Assembly (NCBI RefSeq): GCF_006345805.1
Contig: NC_043001.1
Span: 101,680,001 to 101,744,000 of the forward strand
DNA from: Octopus sinensis
Taxonomy: Eukaryota
DNA length: 64,000 nt
Direction: 5' to 3'
A model generated the notes under the pieces. The model was given only the letters and a program-made list of their open reading frames with translations. It searched no databases and was not told where the DNA came from. Below, piece by piece: positions 12,201-25,339 of this stretch; position 1 is the first letter of the stretch, and each line of letters opens with the position of its first letter. The translations under genes were made by a program, and so were the position numbers.

Positions 12201-12638
12201 TATGGAAAAAGGTCAAGGTAGAAAATGCTAAAAGAATTTTATAAAACACTTTTCAGTACCAGTTTCAGTCGTTGAGACTTTTTCAACTGTAAGTATGGAA
12301 AACAATTAAATTTGGGAAAAATTAAATGAAAAGTACTTTAAAAGAATATTTGCATAGTATACAAGGGGTATTTTTCTTGTTTTTGCTTGTTTCTGTTTCT
12401 CTTGTGGGTTCATGATTGAACCCATAAAAGTAAACAAGAGAGACAGAGACAGGCAGAAACAAGGAAAATGCCCCTTGAATACTATGCAAATATTCTGTTA
12501 AAAAACTTTGCATTTAATTTTTCCAAAATTTAACTGTTTTCCATACTTACAGTTGAAAAAGTCTCAATGACTGGAACCGGTACTGAAAAGTGTTTTATAA
12601 AATTATTTTAGCATTTTCTACCTTGACTTTTTTCCATA
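12201..12638. mobile_element. Fold-back (MITE-like) element with ~200-bp inverted arms, flanked by (TA)n
   Basis: tatggaaaaaggtcaaggtagaaaatgctaaaa... at the left end and ...ttagcattttctaccttgactttttccata at the right end; centre gggttca-tgat-tgaaccc. Confidence 0.85.
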
Positions 12639-12686
12639 TATATCAACTTGTGTGCTCCTTTTCAATCTATATATATATATATATAT

Positions 12687-13282
12687 CATCATCATCATCA
12701 TCATCATCGTTTAACGTCCGTTTTCTGCGCTAGCATGGGTTGGACGGTTTCGACCGGGGTCTGGGGGGCCAGGGGCTGCCCCAGGCTCCAGTCTGGTCTG
12801 GCAGTGTTTCTACAGCTGGATGCCCTTCCTAACGCCAACCACTCCGCGAGTGTAGTGGGTGCTTTTTACGTGCCACCTGCACAGGTGCCAGAGGGGTCTG
12901 GCATCGGCCACGGTCGGTTGGTGCTTTTTCTGTGCCACCTGCACAGAAGCCAGTCGGGGCGGTGCTGGCATCGGCCATGTTCGGATGGTGCTTTTTATGT
13001 GGGGAGGGTGCAGAAATATAGGGGAGCACCAGCGGGGAGGGGTGTTCGGAGTGTTCATGTACTTGACTCAACAGGTCTCCTCAAGCACAGCGGGACGATC
13101 TGGGATCCGGGGTACTTTGAATGGGCAGGGGCTATGCGGAACTGATGCAGGAAGCAGCCCGGGTCTTTGCAGTCACAGCATATCTCCAGAGATCTCGGTC
13201 CTTCGCCATTGCCTCGGTGAGGCCCAACGCTCTGAGGTCAAGCTTGACTGCCTCATCCCATGTTTTCCTGGGTCTACCTCTC
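12687..13282 (-). mobile_element. 5'-truncated RTE LINE (ORF2 C-terminus, 3' UTR and (GAT)n tail)
   Basis: Minus strand encodes RGRPRKTWDEAVKLDLRALGLTEAMAKDRDLWRYAV, followed by the shared 3' UTR and a (cat)n tail at 12687. Confidence 0.9.
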
Positions 13283-13305
13283 ATATATATATATATATGT
13301 ATATA

Positions 13306-13869
13306 TATTGGGTTGTCCAGAAAGTTCGTGCTAATTTTTAAAGGAAAGAAAAAGGTCACTAAATACTTGCCATTGCATTTTTAATCAACCAAATATGAAC
13401 CATTTTGTTGCACAATGCGTCTACATCTTTCCTTTAACTTGAAAATATTTACTTCCCAGAATTGAGGTGGTTTCAAGTCAAAGAATTCATCAAAGTATCT
13501 TTTTACGTCCTCCAGGGAATTGAAATTTTTACCATTAAGACTATTCTGCAGAGACCTGAATAAGTGGAAATCCGAATATCTGGTCAATATGGAGAGTGGG
13601 GTAACACATCCCAGCCGAGCTGCAGCAATTTTTGTCTGGTTCCCAAAGCATCAAGTACCAAAAATGAACTTTCTTATCTTCCATTTTAAAGGGTTACAGA
13701 ATTAACACAGGTTATAGGAACATAAACCTTCTTCTACAAAAAAGACAGCTTAAACTGTGCTCTAAATGGAGGTGTAATCAAATCCTATTTTATGGACTCA
13801 ACCATGTTCTAAAATAAGTCAAAAGATAAGCTGCTACAAATCGGCACGAACTTTCTGGACAACCCAATA
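13306..13869 (-). mobile_element. Internally deleted mariner with perfect TIRs, inserted in (TA)n
   Basis: Perfect 26-bp inverted repeat tattgggttgtccagaaagttcgtgc / gcacgaactttctggacaacccaata. Minus strand has MEDKKVHFWYLMLWE joined out of frame to QLGWDVLPHSPY..SDFHLFRSLQNSLNGKNF..NGSYLVD*. Confidence 0.92.
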
Positions 13870-13899
13870 TATATATATGTATATATATGTATATATACA

Positions 13900-14046
13900 A
13901 TGAGCTTCTTTCAATTTCCATCTACAAAATCCACTTACAAGGTTTTGGTTTGGTTTGTAGTTATAGTAGAAGACACTTGCCATGCAGTGGGATTGAACTG
14001 GCACCCATGTGAAGCAAACTTCTTACCACACAGCCACGTTTGCACC
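13900..14046 (-). mobile_element. SINE family A head
   Basis: Reverse complement of the head: agcttctttcaatttccatctacaaaatccactta...gtgggattgaac..cttaccacacagccac. Confidence 0.75.
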
Positions 14047-16003
14047 TTTCAAGGAAGTTTTGTAGCAATTTCTGAGAGAGGGGCTTCTTTTTTTTTGGCT
14101 CATTAATGTGGGTTTTTTTTTTCCTTCTTTTCTGGAATAGTGTTTATTTGTGTTTGGACATTGTAGTTTGAGGGTGTTTGTGGGTGGAACCAGGTGAAAG
14201 ATTTGAATTGTGCACAGCACAATACGCAATTAGATTGTTAATTTTACAGCTAGAGATTCTTGAAATGGTTATTCATCTATGAAGCAGTCTGCTTCACTTG
14301 AGCTTAACTTCAATGCTTTTGGTGATTTTGGCAGCAACTGGTGATTATCAGCAAATAATAAATAATCTCATAATATGAGGAGAAGGAGGAGGATTGAGGA
14401 GGGAAAAGGTGGGAGGGCGGGGGGAAGAGGGGGAGGGGGAGTATAGTCGATTTCATTTATGATGAGATGTGGGTCAAGCTTTAGGAAATATATCTGTTAT
14501 ATCAAATGCTGAAACAGATGATAATTAATCTGGCTTACTCACCAATATAATGATATCTATTGGTGAGAGGTTAAAATATACACTGAGAATAATTTCAATA
14601 TTCATTTGGATGCAGTTCTAATTAATTAATTCATTTGAATCTATCGTGATAATATTGTCTGTGTTTGGCACATCAGGTCATATTAATATTCTTATCGAGT
14701 GCAAATAGAATTCAAATTTACATCATTGTCGTTCTTGCAGTTGTTGTAATTATTGTCTTCTGCTTTTATACTTGTTGTTATCGATAGGGCGATGGGGGTG
14801 GTTGCCGTGACAATAATATTGCTTATTAATGCTTATGGTGTCGGTGGTGGTGGTTGTGGTGTGGTGTGGGGGTTCTTGTTGGTGTCAATAAGTGATGTAG
14901 ATTCTTTGTTGTTGATTTATAATGGGTGCCAGGGATGGCTTCTCTTTCCATTCTTCAGAGAATCAAGAATATAAGTACCAGTGATTGACTGAGGCTGGTT
15001 CAATTAACTCTATGCTTCCCTAACAAATATTTAGCCTTTACCTCTGGAAGAAATCTATATCGGTTGCAGTTGTTGATATTATTAAAGCTGTTGTTGTCGT
15101 TGTTGTTGTTGTTATGAGTAACAATATATCAATATATTTGTTATTACCTCTATTGTCAACAATTTCTATCTTGTTGTTGTTATTGTTGTTGTTGATGCTG
15201 CAAGCATTGTTACTAATACTGCCATTAGTGTTGTTGGGACTCCTTGGTCATCTTAGTAATATTGTTGTTCAAATCATCAACATCCATATCATTATCATTG
15301 TTGCGGTTGTTGCTGTTGTCATCAAAAGAATACATTGAAGATCTCCCCACAACCCTACCCTCCACCACACACACACACACACACACCAATCCTTCCATCA
15401 TCCAACATGTGAAAGGAGAGTCCATTTGTGAGTATTATAGCCATTAAGACACTCACTACTTATATTGACAAAACAGTAATGGAATATTCAGCGTGCAAAT
15501 AAATTTCCATATGAATCCCTCGAGTAAAATTATCACCAGTTTTAAACTAATACCAAAGCGAAATTAGTCTTTATTACTGAATTATTAGTCTACTAATAGT
15601 GACTAAAGAAAATTATTCAGTTCAGTCACTCTTTCACAGTGTTTTAGTTAATTGTATTCACAATGTGTGCATAATAATGATGATGATGATGATGATGATG
15701 ATGTTGATGATGATGATGATGATGATAACAATGATGGTGATGTTGATGATAAAGGCGTTTTTTTTTATTTGTCATTGGATCACATGAACAATAAAAGTGA
15801 ATCAAATAAAAAAAATATCCTCATAACACCAAATAAGTGCTCGAAAAGATTTCTATAATAATAATAGCTGTCTGTTTGTCTGTCTGTCTGTCTCTATCTT
15901 CATGATTGTCTTCATCAATAAAAGTTTTTTAGGTAGACCATGTGATTTACTAGAAATCACCACCAAATCATCCCATAGAACCATAAATAATGCAGGGCAA
16001 TAC

Positions 16004-16073
16004 CTGATACGTCAAAGATGGAATGGTCACAACAGGATTGTTTTATTTGAAATATGGCTGCCATGAACTTAAA
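16004..16073 (-). CDS. Candidate internal exon (unidentified), FKFMAAIFQIKQSCCDHSIFDVS(G)
   Basis: Acceptor tgttattttgttacag and donor CAG|gtattg; one of three frames is open over 70 nt. No homology recognised; could be chance. Confidence 0.2.
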
Positions 16074-17320
16074 CTGTAACAAAATAACAGCATCATGTTT
16101 CCACATGGGTTGGTTGTGTCTGTTGTCCAAAAAATCTCTTTTCACTAAGACAACATCTAGTAACCAGACATCGTCTTCTTAATCAAAATTGCTTTTTTCC
16201 CCTTCTTTGGCTGCCTTCCATTACTGTCTTACCCGTTTTCTAATGTCCATGTACATTACAAATCTGTTTCTTACATTTATTTACCCTGCATGCTTCTTAG
16301 CTCTATACTTTTCTCACACCTCCATAAGATCATGTACTCATCACATTCCTGTGGCTCCATGTTACACTGGCATACAGCATTTCATTTCTTACTCATGCTT
16401 CATTCAGCTTGCCTTTCACTTCAAGAGAGAAACCAAGAGAAACAACAGCTCCTTTACGTTCTACTCCTTCCTTACTCTTGCTACAATACTCTCCCTACAA
16501 CCATAACCTGCATTCTATAAGCATACTACCAACAAGCAAATAAGAGAACTCCCATGTATTCCCCTCACCAGCTACTAATAGTAACTAAACCTCCCTCAAA
16601 TCACACCTTCCCATCTTAATGGTTGTTTGAAAACATAACAGTACGAACGAGTGTATCCCTGTAACATGTTTAGACATGCATGAAAGTTATATATTCTAGA
16701 ATGATGCTGTTTAACTTCTTTTTGAAATTGCTGTGTCCTACATATCACAGCATTTTATACAGCTGGGGTAGGGAATCCTTTTGGTGTTATGAATGAAGTG
16801 CAAATGCAAGAGCACTTGTTGTGGCCTGTTTGAGCTGAGTAAAATAAGGAATCTTTTATTTGATAGTCATAGGATACTTAACTTAAATTACAATTTCATT
16901 CTTACAACTTAAATTATTCTTTTCGCCTACAGGTGAATAAGTTCTTCACTGCTGATAAGAGAGTTAATGTTGTTCTAGTCTGATTATGTTTTAATAATTG
17001 ATAATGATAGGTGTCTCCTTATGCCCCAGACAGGATACAAGTTTGTTTCACGATAAAATAACGGATACATGTTCATTACAAGTAAATTAACTCATGTGTA
17101 TAGAGATTAGTGGTTATATATCTGCTGTATAGTCATTAGCTGTTCATTAGAACTAAATTAACTCACGCATATACAGACTAGTGAATATATACCTGTTCAT
17201 TAATGTTAGATTAACTCAAGTACATACAGTCTGGCAGTTTTAAACTTATAAACTGTAAGTAACTTACACACTTGTGCAATTTTCACCTCCACCTTTTGTT
17301 TTTTTGGTAATCAATCACAG

Positions 17321-17422
17321 GAGGAATTGTAGCAGCCTTGATCTCTTTTAAAGTCTTTGATAATGGCAGAAGGAACAGAAGAAGTTCTTCTCTTACCAGA
17401 GACATGAGCCGAAAGCTAACAG
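17321..17422 (+). CDS. Candidate internal exon (unidentified), (G)GIVAALISFKVFDNGRRNRRSSSLTRDMSRKLT
   Basis: Acceptor ttttgtttttttggtaatcaatcacag and strong donor CAG|gtgagc; 102 nt, phase 1-1, only one open frame. The peptide reads like a TM-helix end plus a basic tail. Family not established. Confidence 0.3.
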
Positions 17423-18539
17423 GTGAGCAGACTCTACTGCTGTGGTTTCTTGCGGGCTGATGTTAAAATCAGGTGATGATTTAAGCTAATCAACCCAAAA
17501 CAGGAACTGATTCCTTGATGGGCTTCAGCATAGTTTCCATCTCCTAAATTACATTCACATAGCTTTCAATGACCCAAAGCTATGATAAAGACTCTAACCC
17601 AAGATTCCACTTTGTGGGATTTAACCTGAAATCTTACATTTGCCAAGCAAGCTTCTTAGCTGTACAACTGTGCCCACACTCATAGATTATATAGCAGAAT
17701 AATTTGATTTGTTGCTTATTAACATCAAACACCTGACTTTAAATCATGTTTATTGATCTACAGGGACATTGACAGCAAGAGCACAATGACAGTCGTTTTC
17801 CTAAATGTTAACACCATCTTCCTTTACGGAATCGGGTGTAAAGGAAGATCACTGAAGACAGACTTCTAAGAGTTATTAGTTACTAGGGTATACAGAGAGA
17901 AGTCATTGAAAGAAAAGACTCCTATTGATTCAGTGACTCATAAATGCATTAGGCTCTTAACCTAGTGTTTGCACCCATTATGCAGCATTTCAGAGATTAA
18001 CATCACATCCTGCTCCATTGTCAGAATACATAATAAACCTGGATTAAAAAGAAAAACCTGTAAAAAGGCGAGAGAAAGAAATGGAAAAGAAAAACAAATT
18101 AAAACCAGTTGCGAGCAAATGAAATGAAAATTAATATCTTACAAGAATTACACTGAATATTGATGTCTTTCTCGGAATATTGATGTCAGAATAGTTATGA
18201 ATGTAGCTTCAATTATCAAATTAATATACTGACTGTATTATAAGATATATTGATATATTTACAGCATTAATCTTAGCAGAAGTGCATCTGAGAATTAAGT
18301 GTTACACATTGATACTTTAAGAATAATAGCATTTTGGTGCAGTTTACCTTCAAGGTTGATGTTCTGTACATTTTCCCCGTGTTTATTGTTGTTAGAAAAA
18401 GCTGTTTTATTAAGTAGTAATATTGAGCTTGGCCAGGATGACAAATTTGCATACATGTTGTATTAATCAGGTATTTTGTTATGTAAATGGCAACAAATGA
18501 TTCATGCAAGTGAGGCAGAAAGATGTATATTGATAGATT

Positions 18540-18580
18540 TATAACATATATATATGCATATACATTTATATATATACACA

Positions 18581-18672
<92 letters not shown>

Positions 18673-18717
18673 GTATATATATATATGAATATATATATAT
18701 ATATGTATATATATATT

Positions 18718-18802
<85 letters not shown>

Positions 18803-19357
18803 TGCACACGCACACACACACACACTCACAGCTATACATATGTATGTACATACGTCATATACATATATTATATGCATGTTTGTAGACACAAGTAATAAAA
18901 TATGTGCCTATAACAAAAGATGTATGGATAGTTATGCATATATACTTAAATATGTGTGTTTGAAAAATTCGTATACACCTATTTAACAAATACAAACATA
19001 TATATAAACAGAAAAATTTGTTTTATAGATATCATATATACACTATATATATGTATATATATATGTGTATATGTGTGTGTGTATATATATATATATATGC
19101 ATACACATATATGTATTATTATATATATTAATGCGCATATAAGCATACACAGTGATGCATACATGCACAAATGCATACACACACATATATTAAGATTAAT
19201 ATGATATGGACATGGACTTGGAAAGCAGCAGATGAATAATTAAATTGGGTTCTTGAAAAATCAATAAAAATTATTGCAAAGTGATAACAGGGTTTCCAAA
19301 ATACACACACATCAAGTTTGTACATATACACCATAAATATACATACATACATAGGTA

Positions 19358-19406
<49 letters not shown>

Positions 19407-19790
19407 GTGTATATATATATATATATGTATATATATATGCATGTATACGTATCATAAATATACATTATATACGTATACCATATATACATTATATATGTAT
19501 ACCATATATACATACATATACATACATACATATATATATACATACATACCATACAATATACATATATATACCATAAATATACACACACACACATATATAT
19601 AGATGCATACATACATTTGTGTGTATACATGCATACATACAATGTGGGTGAGAGCAAGAGACAGAGATAGATAGATTGGTAGATATAAACACACACACAC
19701 ACACATATACATGTATATAATGTGTGTGTGCGCGCATGCATGCGCATGTGTGTAGATAGATAAATAGATAATAAGTAATGTGTATGTATG
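18540..19790. repeat. Long degenerate (TA)n/(CA)n/(TACA)n microsatellite field
   Basis: Visible directly. Confidence 0.9.
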
Positions 19791-20053
19791 CAATATTAAC
19801 ACAGTGACTAACAGGGTCATTGCTCAAACATTTAAAGCGCCACTACGCATTGGTTTTCAGGCAGATTCAAAGAAACAAAGGAATTATCAGAGAAGCAGAA
19901 AAACGCATGAAAACTCACAAAATACTCTGTGCTACCCATCAACTATACTAAGAACAGGCTCACAAAAAGAATAGGCACACTTTCACACACACACTCACAA
20001 CTATGTGGTGTGTATATATGTGTGTGTGCACACATATGTGTATGTGTTAAAGA

Positions 20054-22290
20054 CCCTTTAAAGACCCTGCAAATGGACAGAGATTTAGAGACATGTTACT
20101 TGAAGCCTTCGATGAAATAGAAGTGGGTATAGCTACACATGGGGTAGAAGATAACTGGGCGCTTCTAAGGGACAACCTGCTGAAAGCCAGTGACCAGATC
20201 TGTGGCTGGTGCAAAGTCCCCTCAAGATGGCCCCAAAATAACGTGGTGGTGGAACAATATTGTTGACAGGGCTATTAGACAAAAGAAACAGGCTTGGAAG
20301 GACTGGAAAAACGGTGGTAGCAGGGAAGCGTATCAGACTGCAAGAAGGGAAGCTAAGAGGCAGGTGTATTTAGCCAGAGGGGAAGCAGATAAGAAAAAAT
20401 TTGCCAATGTCCTGTGCCGTGAGGATGAAAGACTTGAGGTATTTCATATTGCAAGACAGTGTGTGAGAAAGAATCGTGACATGGTAGGAGAGAATTGTGT
20501 TCGCATGGATGACGGCTCACCTGCGCTAAATGAGGATGCAAAGAGAGAGGTTTGGAGACGCTACTATGAAAGGTTGTTGAATGAGGAAAATGAATGGGAT
20601 AAAGAGAGTCTGCCGAATGTCGACCCAACAGAGGGACCAGCAATCTGGGTTGACAGTTCCTTAGTAGTTAAGGCAATTACAAGCATGAAAACAGGGAAGG
20701 CCCCTGGCCCATCAGGAATTACTGCAGAGATGCTCAAAATATCTGGTAGTGTTGGCTATAGCCTAGTCACCCATATAGTAAACCAGGTGATACATGAAGG
20801 AGTCATACCCAATGACTGGTGTAGCAGCATAATAGTTAACTGCTACAAAGGTAAAGGTGACACTCTAGATACAAATAACTACAGGGGTATCAAGCTGCTG
20901 GATCAGGTAATGAAGGTCACGGAGAGGATTATAGCCCAACTAATTAGAGAGAGAGTTAGCTTAGATGAGATGCAGTTTGGGTTCGTGCCAGGGAAAAGTA
21001 CTACTGATGCTATATTCCTGGTAAGACAGCTGCAGGAGAAATACCTAGCCAAAGACAAGCCCCTATACCTGGCTTTTGTTGATATGGAGAAAGCCTTCGA
21101 CAGGGTGCCCCGATCCCTTATCTGGTGGTCAATGAGGAAACTAGGGATAGATGAATGGTTAGTGAGAGCTGTACGAGCCATGTACAGAGACGCTGCTAGT
21201 AAGGTGAGGGTTGGCATCGAGTACAGTGAAGAATTCTGGGTAGAGGTTGGGGTCCACCAAGGTTCAGTCCTCAGTCCCCTCCTATTTATCATAGTCCTCC
21301 AGGCAATAACGGAGGAATTCAAGACAGGATGCCCCTGGGAGCTCTACTATGCTGATGACCTTGCTCTAATTGCTGAGTCTCTATCAGAACTGGAGGAGAA
21401 GTTTCAGGTGTGGAAGCAAGGTTTAGAATCAAAGGGCCTTAGAATCAACCTAGCCAAAACCAAAGTCCTAATAAGTAGGAAGGTAGACCAATCATAAACG
21501 CCTTCAGGTAGATGGCCCTTCTCGATCTGTAAAAAAGGCATAGGTAGAAACTCTATAAGATGCACCAAATGTAAGCTATGGACACATAAGAGATGTAGTA
21601 AAGTCAAAGGAAGACTAACTAGGAAAATAGTTTTTTAACTGTGGCAGATGCTCAGGAGCAATAAACTCTGAAAATATGCAGAGACCAACTTCTACCACGT
21701 TCCAGGGAGAAAAACTAGAAGTAGTTGATAGCTTCCGCTACCTAGGTGACCAAGTCAGTAGCGGGGGCGGGTGTGCTGAAAGTGTAACTGCTAGAGTAAG
21801 AATAGCCTGGGCAAAGTTTAGAGAGCTCTTACCCCTGCTGGTGACAAAAGGCCTCTCGCTCAAAGTAAAAGGCAGACTGTTTGATGCATGTGTACGTACA
21901 GCCATGCTACATGGTAATGAAACTTGGGCTGTGACTGCTGAGGATTTGCGTAAGCTCGCAAGAAATGAAGCTAGGATGCTCCGATGGATGTGTAATGTCA
22001 GTGTTCATAATCGACAGAGTTTAAGTACCTTGAGAGAAAAGTTGGACCTAAGAAGCATCAGTTGTTGTGTGCAAGAGATACGTTTGTGCTGGTATGGTCA
22101 TGTGACGAGAATGGCTGAAGATAGTTGTGTGCGAAAGTGCCACAACCTGGCAGTTGAGGGGACCTGTGGAAGAGGTAGACCCAGGAAAACCTGGGATGAG
22201 GTGGTGAAGCACGACCTTTGAACTTTAGGTCTCACCAAGGAAATGACTAGAGGCCGAGACCTATGGAAGTATGCTGTGCGTGAGAAGACC
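20054..22290 (+). pseudogene. RTE ORF2 reverse transcriptase pseudogene (endonuclease missing)
   Basis: Motifs KTGKAPGPSGI, NYRGIKLL, QFGFVPGKSTTDAIF, FVDMEKAFDRVP, GVHQGSVLSPLLF, LYYADDL, FRYLG, RLCWYGHV, GRGRPRKTW. Frameshifts at ~20230 and ~21635; stops at 21495 and 22219. Confidence 0.95.
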
Positions 22291-22777
22291 TGACAAGACT
22301 AGTGAGAACAGTCAAAATCAAAATCAAAATCAAACCAAATCAAATCAGATATCAGAAAGCAGAACCAAAATTGAGGTCAATCAACATCAGTGAAAATTGC
22401 AGCTGTGGTTAAGCGAACCATCTGATTGTGGCCGTTGCCAGCACCGCCCTGTCTGGCCTCTATGCCGGTGGCATGCAAAAGCACCATCCGTTCGTGTCCG
22501 TTGCCAGCCTCACCTGGCCCCCATGCCGGTGGCATGTAAAAGCACCATCCGTTCGTGGCCGTTTGCCAGCTCCGTCAGCCACCTGTGCGGGTGGCACGTA
22601 AAAAGCACCCACTACACTCACGGAGTGGTTGGCGTTAGGAAGGGCATCCAGCTGTAGAAACACTGCCAGATCAGACTGGGCCTGATGCAGCCTTCCGGCT
22701 TCACAGACCCCAGTTGAACCATCCAACCCATGCTAGCATGGAAAGCGGACGCTAAATGATGATGATGATGATGATGA
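20054..22777 (+). mobile_element. 5'-truncated RTE-clade LINE (RT region to 3' tail)
   Basis: RT ORF remnants, then (caaaat)n, ~55-60-nt tandem subrepeats and the terminal aacccatgctagcatggaaagcggacgctaaat(gat)n. Confidence 0.95.
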
Positions 22778-22780
22778 TAC

Positions 22781-22827
<47 letters not shown>

Positions 22828-22963
22828 AAATAACTCCCAGCTCAGAAGAGCACAAAGTTACTTAACTGGACTGTTTTCTAACAACCCATTACACCCCAGG
22901 GCGAAACTGATTGGTGAGATCAGCCATAATGGATGTATGATACATACTGTACACTTTGATTAA

Positions 22964-23004
<41 letters not shown>

Positions 23005-23007
<3 letters not shown>

Positions 23008-23606
23008 AACTTGACATACCTCGGTAAACAAGTGACACCACGTGTGAAACAAGATCTTCATCCGCGTGAAACGATGTTGTGCGTTTGGTGGGACCGGGAA
23101 GGGATTATCCATTATGAATTGCCTGAACGGAACCAAACAGTCAATGCGGAACTCTATGTTCAACAGATGGAACGACTCAACACTGCTATTCAAGAGAAAA
23201 GACCTAATCGTCAGCATGGAGTTCTTCTGCTGCACGATAACGCCCGCCCTCATATCGTCAATGTGACCAAGGAAGCCATTCAAACGCATGGCGGGGAAGT
23301 GCTGCAACACCCACCGTACTCTCCAGATTTGGCACCAACGGATTTCTACTTCTTTCAGTCTCTTTCAAATGCTATGCATAGAGTTTTGTTCAATACTGAT
23401 ACAGAATTGAGAGCTTGGCTGGATCAATTATTTGAGTCAAAATCAGGGGATTTCTACCAACAAGGTACTGAAAATCTTGTTGAACATTGGGAAGAAGTTG
23501 TAAACAACAAGGGTGAATACATTATTGATTAATTAGTTACTTTTTATTAAACTTTAAAAAAATTTTAATTTACAAAAATGGCGGGAACTTAGTTGCCAAC
23601 CTAATA
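23005..23606 (+). mobile_element. 3' half of a mariner transposon (D34D catalytic end plus 3' TIR)
   Basis: ORF 23005-23532: MLCVWWD..GIIHYE..HDNARPH...HPPYSPDLAPTD, with 34 residues between the two Asp, ending NKGEYIID*. TIR gcgggaacttagttgccaacctaa followed by TA at 23605-23606. Confidence 0.93.
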
Positions 23607-23912
23607 TTTCAAGACCCATTGGATGTCTCCAGATGAAACTTTCAGGGATGTTTGGCCTCGTGACTGGTATGAACTGATTAGATTTTTGGGATCGATCTGG
23701 TACCGGATAAGGATTCTGGATTACTTTTTCTGCTTTTTTAACTTAATTTTTGAGAATGATCAGGTTCATTTTAGGTATTCTCATTTGTGAGAGCAGTTGA
23801 GTTTATTTCAGATATTCTCATTTTAAAAATCATCTCCGGCTAATCATTGAGAGAACATTGGAGTTGCCTTGGCAGAGGTTTTCACTCTCTGAGTGCTCTT
23901 CTTGTTGTTATT
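23607..23912 (-). mobile_element. Second Helentron/DINE-like copy, 3' end lost at the mariner junction
   Basis: Reverse complement of 7090-7410 (e.g. aaaatcatctccggctaatc..gccttggcagaggtt..ctgagtgctctt). Confidence 0.65.
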
Positions 23913-23932
23913 ATTATTATTATTATTATTAT

Positions 23933-23987
<55 letters not shown>

Positions 23988-24012
23988 GGTGGTGGTGGTG
24001 GTGGTGGTGGTG

Positions 24013-24062
<50 letters not shown>
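23903..24062. repeat. Compound trinucleotide repeat (TTA)n(GTA)n(GTG)n(GTA)n
   Basis: Visible directly; source of the poly-V and poly-S/G ORFs. Confidence 0.95.
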
Positions 24063-25339
24063 TGTCAGCTCCGATCCCGTTGACCAATGATTAAAAGCAT
24101 CCCAAGCTTGGCCATGTCTTTAGTTTTGACACAGTCCATCTTGGACGTTCTCTGCTCTGATCCTTTTATAAAAAAAAAAAAAAAAATCAGTTGTGAGTGA
24201 CTTAAATGAGATTTAGTCGACTGTCTATTTCTAGCAGATGATGTGATCCACTGCTGATGGTAACAGAAACAGTCATAGCAATGATGATGATGATGATGAT
24301 GATGATGATGTCTTTTTGTACCTAAAGCCTGAAGCATAAACCAATCGCATAACAGAGATATTCTGTAATATTCTTCGCCCCACAGACACAATACAAAACA
24401 CAATTGACCAAAACAACAACACAAAAAATATGGAACAATGTATTTATGAAAAGTTTTCATTTCAGAATTCACCATTGCTCATGGCTACGGTTTCATAAAG
24501 AGAGAAAGACATGTGGGTGGGACTTCTTTTAAGGAAAACTTAACCAGAAAATATGCCTGGGATAAAAAGAAAAAGAAAAAGGATGCAAATGCAAATAGAA
24601 GAAAAGGAAGAAAGGGAGAAAAGAAAGAAAGAAAGAAAGAAAGAAGGAAAGAAAAAAGAAAGAAAAGGAGAAAGAAAGAAGGAAAGAAAGAAAATTCTAA
24701 GTAAAACTTATGAAGTGAAAATGAAATTGTGTTTGTGTTGACGATGCATTTTAAAATTAATGTGAATGACAAGTGTTCATGAAAAACATATTGCAGAGCA
24801 GATAATAAAAGTGGTTGCATGAAGATGGAAGCGAAAAACCAACCACAACAAATGAATGAATGAATGAATAAAAATTTCTAAAAAAAGAAAGTCAAGGGAA
24901 TTTATTCAAATGAATAAATTAAAAACTATCTGTTTTCCGTCAACGTCACAGTTCGTTGAGGCTTTATTGAATTTTAAAACCCAAGCTGTTGATTATGTTC
25001 ATTCTGGTTTTAATTTGGAAATATAAAGGACAGTTCCATTATGTCATTTGGACTTTTGCCTCACTGCTTTTTATTCTTTTATTAAAAAAAAAACCTATGG
25101 TTAGATAGTAAATTTTAATTGTTATGTCTAATGTTTTTCCTTTTCCTATCTTAATTTGGGATGTTGTAATACAATCTTAATTCAATTATTACAACTTTAA
25201 ATGCTTTATTACAATTTGAAAACATGATTTTAATCACTAGCTTATTATTTTGAAATTTGCATCATAAATTACCCTCCTTTGCGGCTCAGCTCTAAAATCA
25301 TAATACAAATATCATTTAAATATGATGGACACCTCGTAT

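Noticed and set aside
17321-17422. Aquaporin C-terminal exon (GGIVAALI)
   Set aside because: No upstream exons with NPA motifs were found, so the family call is unsupported. Kept only as an unidentified candidate exon.
24461-24704. Cold-shock-like GYGFI motif at the start of a Lys/Arg-rich ORF
   Set aside because: The match is 5 residues, and the rest of the ORF is a purine-rich (GAAA)n repeat.
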